From Prochlorococcus sp. AG-347-K20 (GTDB lineage: Bacteria > Cyanobacteriota > Cyanobacteriia > PCC-6307 > Cyanobiaceae): a DNA stretch of 64,000 nucleotides. Positions 59,691-64,000 of this stretch are shown here, piece after piece (position 1 is the first letter of the stretch; the number at the start of each line of letters is the position of its first letter). The notes beneath the pieces were generated by a model that was given only the letters and a program-made list of their open reading frames with translations, did not search any database and was not told the origin of the DNA. The stretch lies in the NCBI GenBank assembly GCA_003281315.1, contig QCCH01000005.1, forward strand, positions 18,603-82,602. The letters run 5' to 3'. Made by a program: the position numbers and the translations under genes.

Positions 59691-60290
59691 ATGTTAAAAA
59701 ACCCTATCCCAAAAGTTACTAACCAATTACAGCACAGAGCAATCGGCATTATTAATGGTAAATTCACTCCCCTTAGTGGTGAGCAATTAAATAGAGGGTT
59801 TTTAATTGACAATAAAGACGAAAAAATTGAAACAGTAATTCTTGGTAAAGCATTATCACTTTTGAAAAAGCATATTGATTTAAAGAAAAGTTATTATTGG
59901 ATTGTTTATCCAAAGAATAAAAATACTCAAAACTTGCATTTACAGGTTGCAGGCATATGGGATCCATATCAGCTGAATGATTTCCCTAATGATTCTTCAA
60001 AAACTAACTTCTCAAAATTATTAGAAGAATTAGATTTAAAAGACAATTATTTTTCTGTTAGAGGGGAATTAGTTTTTGTTAACACTCAAAAGAAAGAAAT
60101 TGTTATTAAAATCTGCCCTACTATAAAGTCAAAAAATTTAAAAAATAAAAATTTTAAATTAGTCATTAAAGGAGAGCTTTCTCTTGAACTTTTACATAGC
60201 TTCGTAAGTCTAGATATCAACAGAGATGGAAATTCTTTGCAATTAATAAAGTACGAAGTGATTGAAAAAAATCTTTCTAAAAAAAACTAG
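59691..60290 (+). CDS. Hypothetical protein (199 aa)
   Basis: ATG ORF of typical composition; no family recognised. Confidence 0.4.
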   Translation: MLKNPIPKVTNQLQHRAIGIINGKFTPLSGEQLNRGFLIDNKDEKIETVILGKALSLLKKHIDLKKSYYWIVYPKNKNTQNLHLQVAGIWDPYQLNDFPNDSSKTNFSKLLEELDLKDNYFSVRGELVFVNTQKKEIVIKICPTIKSKNLKNKNFKLVIKGELSLELLHSFVSLDINRDGNSLQLIKYEVIEKNLSKKN

Positions 60291-60342
60291 AATGAAAGGT
60301 TGATTTCCACCGCAATTTTATTAGTTAAGAAATCTTTGATTT

Positions 60343-61575
60343 ATGGATGATGTTTTAATTGAATGTTCTCCTGGTATCTCTGGAGATATGTTGTTAGGAG
60401 CTTTTTATGATTTAGGTGTGCCTAAAAAAGTTATTGAACAGCCACTTATTGATCTTGGATTAAAGGATCTATATCAACTAGACTTTAAGGAATCAAAAAG
60501 TTGTTCAATCCGAGGCGTCAAGGCAAAGGTTGAAAATATTGACTGTAATCCTATTAAAAGAACTTGGAGAAGTATCAAGGAACTTATTTTAAATGGCCAC
60601 TTAGAAGATAAATTAAAAAAAATAATTTATGAAGTATTTGAATCTTTAGCAATTGCGGAAGGAACAGTTCATGGCATTAAATCTGATGAAGTTCATTTTC
60701 ATGAAATTGGAGCTATAGATTCATTGGTGGATATAATTGGAGTATGTGCTTCATTGAATTACTTAAATCCAAAGAGGATTTATTGTAATGAACCAATGTT
60801 GGGGAAAGGTTTTGTTCAAACTGAACATGGAAAATTATCTGTACCACCTCCTGCTGTAATAGAGCTAATAAGACAAAAAAATATTAAGGTTTTATCAAGT
60901 CTTAATTCAATAGATGGTGAACTCTCAACTCCAACTGGCATCGCTTTACTTGCTAATTTAGCCGACTATCTTGAACCTCCTTCAAAATATTCCATTAACT
61001 CTTATGGAGTAGGCATTGGTAACTTAAAATTCCCATTCCCCAATTTGGTAAGAGTTTACAAAATTACTTCATTTGAGGAGTTTGCTTTTAAAGATAATGA
61101 ACAAATTAGTCCAAAGTGTGAAGAGATATCTATTCAAGAAGCATGGATTGATGACCAAACACCCGAAGATATATCTAATTTTGTCGAGAAACTGAGGATT
61201 GAGGGAGCTTACGATGTTTCCTATCAAGCTATTAATATGAAAAAAAATAGAATTGGATTTTCTATTCAAGTAATCTTACCTATAGAAAAAAAAGAGTTTT
61301 TTAGAAGATTATGGTTTGACTATTCCAACACTATTGGGGTTCGTGAAAGAACCCAATCTAGGTGGATATTACTTAGACGCAGAGGAGAATGTTCAACGAC
61401 TTTTGGAAATATAAAAGTTAAACAAACTTTGAAACCAGATGGATCAATAATTACGAAACCAGAAAATGATGAGGTTTTGAGATTACAACTAAAGCATAAA
61501 ATATCTTCTTGCGAAATAAGAAAAATAATAAAAGAGACAGGTAAAAAATTTAAAGCACTTGAAAATTGGAAATGA
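60343..61575 (+). CDS. larC: LarC-family (DUF111/UPF0272) nickel insertion protein
   Basis: N-terminal CSPGISGDMLLGAFYDLG, VHFHEIGAIDS, typical length of about 400 aa. Confidence 0.8.
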   Translation: MDDVLIECSPGISGDMLLGAFYDLGVPKKVIEQPLIDLGLKDLYQLDFKESKSCSIRGVKAKVENIDCNPIKRTWRSIKELILNGHLEDKLKKIIYEVFESLAIAEGTVHGIKSDEVHFHEIGAIDSLVDIIGVCASLNYLNPKRIYCNEPMLGKGFVQTEHGKLSVPPPAVIELIRQKNIKVLSSLNSIDGELSTPTGIALLANLADYLEPPSKYSINSYGVGIGNLKFPFPNLVRVYKITSFEEFAFKDNEQISPKCEEISIQEAWIDDQTPEDISNFVEKLRIEGAYDVSYQAINMKKNRIGFSIQVILPIEKKEFFRRLWFDYSNTIGVRERTQSRWILLRRRGECSTTFGNIKVKQTLKPDGSIITKPENDEVLRLQLKHKISSCEIRKIIKETGKKFKALENWK

Positions 61576-62528
61576 GATTTAATAAAAGTATTCAACCATA
61601 TTTGATATTCCTTAAAAAAATTAATTTTGGGGGTTTAAAAAGTATTTTCTTTATTTCAAGCTTGTCATATTTTTGTATCTATTTTTTTCATAATATTGAT
61701 CAAATTTCTTTTGAGATCAATTTAGAAAGAAATGGAATTAAGCTATTTTTATCATTTTTATTTTGTGTTTTAAGTATTTATCTGAACGCTTATGCATGGA
61801 AATATATCATTAAATGGTTAGGGAACGAATTTAAAAGTAATAATATAGTTTCTTTTTATGTTTTAACAAATATTCTTAAATATGTTCCAGGAGGTATGTG
61901 GCATTTTGTTGAAAGATTTAATTTTATAAAAAAAACAAGTAACCCTCAGATTGCTTTGTATTCGACACTCATAGAACCTTATTTTATGTTGACTGGATCT
62001 TTTCTCTTGGCATCAATGGGATTAATTTTTTCACCATTTTATTTTTTTTTAATTATTCCTTTAATATTCTTAAATAGGAAATTTATTTTTTTGATATTTA
62101 AAATATTAGAGTCTCTTAAGGGGAAAGTTCTTGAGGTTTTGAGACTTCCAAATTCAAAGGGCCAATTTAAAGAAAGAATAAATATTGTTTCTTTTTTACC
62201 TTCTAGAGCTTTATTTCTTGAAATTGGTTTTGTTTTATCTAAATTTATTGGTTTTTATATTTGCTTAAATACTTTTTATACAAGTAATACTCTGAACATC
62301 ATATATTTATTAGTAATCTTTTCTTTGTCATGGTCTATAGGCTTGGTAGTCCCAGCAGCTCCTGGAGGAGTTGGCGTTTTTGAGGCTTGCCTCCTATTAT
62401 TTGTTGGCAAAAGTATTCCAGAAAATATAATTCTCATAAGCTTAGTTTATTTTAGGGTTATATCTACCTCGGCAGATTTGTTGTTAAGCTTACCTTTTTT
62501 AATAAGAAAAGTTTCTAAAAGAATTTAG
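61572..62528 (+). CDS. UPF0104 / lysylphosphatidylglycerol-synthase-TM-region-family membrane protein
   Basis: Polytopic; characteristic VPAAPGGVGVFEA motif; ATG 61572 overlaps the larC stop (ATGA); ORF track begins at TTG 61566. Confidence 0.65.
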   Translation: MRFNKSIQPYLIFLKKINFGGLKSIFFISSLSYFCIYFFHNIDQISFEINLERNGIKLFLSFLFCVLSIYLNAYAWKYIIKWLGNEFKSNNIVSFYVLTNILKYVPGGMWHFVERFNFIKKTSNPQIALYSTLIEPYFMLTGSFLLASMGLIFSPFYFFLIIPLIFLNRKFIFLIFKILESLKGKVLEVLRLPNSKGQFKERINIVSFLPSRALFLEIGFVLSKFIGFYICLNTFYTSNTLNIIYLLVIFSLSWSIGLVVPAAPGGVGVFEACLLLFVGKSIPENIILISLVYFRVISTSADLLLSLPFLIRKVSKRI

Positions 62529-64000
62529 TTTTTTTTCTCTAAACTTGGTATCAATGTAATTGATGCAATAAGGCCTAAAGTCATAATAAGAATGGCCGGT
62601 AATATTGCCTCTACCATTCTTTCATCTCCAGCATATTGATATATTCTCACAGATAATGTATCGAAATCGAATGGTCTTAAAATAAAGGTTATGGGTAATT
62701 CTTTTATCGTGTCAACAAAAACTAAAAGTGATCCTACGAATATTGGCCCTTGGAGAAGAGGTAGATGAATTTTTTTGATGATCCCCAGCCAATTCTCTCC
62801 TAGTCCAAGTGCTGCCTCATCAAGACTAGGAGAAATTCTCTCAAGACTTGAATCAATAGACCCCTTAGAGATAGTTAGAAATCGGACAAGATAACCCCAA
62901 ATTAGTAAGCAAATAGCAATAAAATTAAATTTTGAAGAAGAAATGCTTATCAAAGATAAAGCTAAAACAGTGCCTGGGATTGCGTAACCTATTCCCGCAA
63001 GATTTGTTATTAGTCCTAGTAATAAGCTTTTATTTGGGCGTCTGGCTAAGGAAATTATTAAGGAGAATAGCATTGCTATTAATGCAGTTAAAAGTCCTAG
63101 ACTTATGGTCCTTAATGATAGGCTAAGTAATTCCATAGATAACCCTTTTTGAATTAGATCTACATTAAGTAGAACCCAAAAACATGGAATCCCAAAAGAG
63201 AAAATTGGAGGAAATAAAGATATGATTATTGCTAAAAAAGCTCTAGTTTTTTTTAATTCCCATCCTTGAGAATCTTTTGATGCAGGATTTTCACTCCACC
63301 TCTTTGATTTTCTTCTTGATAACTTTTCGAAAATAATTAAAGTGAAAATCATTAATAAGGCTACCAATGATAATCCAATAGCACTTTTTGGATTACCCTC
63401 AATTATCCAATTTTCAGCTATACCAGTAGAAATACTGGGTATGTTTAATAATGCAAATGTACCTAACTCATTCATTACTTCCATACACATTAAACTTATT
63501 CCTGTTATTAGTGCAGGGAACGCCATTGGGAAAGCGATTTTAAAGAAGCTCCTCCAAGGCCCTACTCCCAATCCTCTACTAGCATTGATTTGATTAACTC
63601 CAAATTTATTAAAACTTTCGTTAGCAAGAATGAATACATATGGATAAGTAGAAATTGAAAGTATTAATACCCCCCACCATAAACCAGTTACCTGATACCC
63701 AAAAATACTTCCTAAATCCTGCAAAATAGCTGTTATTAGATATGCTGGGGCAGCTAGTGGAACTAGCTGACAAATACGGAGAACTTTTCTGAACTTAAAA
63801 TCACAATTTGAAAGTAGCCATCCATTTAAAGTTCCTAACCCGCCACCAAAAAAACTTGTCAGTATTAGAACTTTTAAAGTACCTAATACCTCTTCTCCTC
63901 CTGCAATACCTAATGAAAAATTTCCACTAATGATGTAATTAATTCCCTCTAGAAGAAAATTGGAAATTGGAATGATTACTAAGAGTGAGACAATAAACGC
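62525..64000 (-). CDS. futB: Iron(III) ABC transporter permease (FutB/HitB-like, two-domain), N-terminus outside window
   Basis: Duplicated permease modules; I checked the frame codon by codon from 63725 to 64000 and found no stop, so the TTG at 63724 in the ORF track is internal. Confidence 0.8.
   Translation of the reverse strand, partial: AFIVSLLVIIPISNFLLEGINYIISGNFSLGIAGGEEVLGTLKVLILTSFFGGGLGTLNGWLLSNCDFKFRKVLRICQLVPLAAPAYLITAILQDLGSIFGYQVTGLWWGVLILSISTYPYVFILANESFNKFGVNQINASRGLGVGPWRSFFKIAFPMAFPALITGISLMCMEVMNELGTFALLNIPSISTGIAENWIIEGNPKSAIGLSLVALLMIFTLIIFEKLSRRKSKRWSENPASKDSQGWELKKTRAFLAIIISLFPPIFSFGIPCFWVLLNVDLIQKGLSMELLSLSLRTISLGLLTALIAMLFSLIISLARRPNKSLLLGLITNLAGIGYAIPGTVLALSLISISSSKFNFIAICLLIWGYLVRFLTISKGSIDSSLERISPSLDEAALGLGENWLGIIKKIHLPLLQGPIFVGSLLVFVDTIKELPITFILRPFDFDTLSVRIYQYAGDERMVEAILPAILIMTLGLIASITLIPSLEKKN

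Overview
Very AT-rich (about 30% GC by eye), densely packed cyanobacterial chromosome. The gene content (psaF-psaJ, petC-petA, ndhB, chlG, ctaCDE/ctaAB, an hli gene, a stand-alone groEL) and the composition fit the core genome of a high-light-adapted Prochlorococcus marinus. I support about 75 protein-coding genes, 2 tRNAs (Asp-GUC, Trp-CCA), 2 in-frame coding tandem repeats and 1 reasonable intrinsic terminator. Several are short genes missing from the supplied ORF track: psaJ, an HLIP gene, a DUF2256-like zinc-ribbon gene and two further small ORFs. I see no rRNA, CRISPR array, transposase, integrase, phage genes or recognisable defence or toxin-antitoxin genes. Genes are tightly spaced, with many 4-nt ATGA start/stop overlaps and several convergent 3' overlaps, as expected for a streamlined genome. 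This looks like ordinary syntenic core genome rather than an accessory island, and I cannot demonstrate a new multi-gene system from sequence alone. The most system-like candidate is a translationally coupled four-gene module at 2467-4720: a DCC-type CxxC protein, a TIGR03643-like protein, a DUF2256 zinc ribbon and a CryPro/(6-4)-type photolyase lacking the Fe-S cysteines. Three of its four members have no known function, and the zinc-ribbon ORF has no ATG and lies in frame with the upstream gene. Lesser items include a BirA with a degenerate GRGRxGR loop, two near-perfect coding tandem repeats, a Tat-signal lipoprotein abutting a CobT-like gene (stop TGA directly followed by ATG), a GC-rich 64-aa ORF between two tRNAs, a GC-outlier Na+/H+ antiporter gene, an N-terminally extended L19, and larC coupled to a UPF0104 membrane protein. 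All family assignments come from motif recognition by eye and memory, with no database search.
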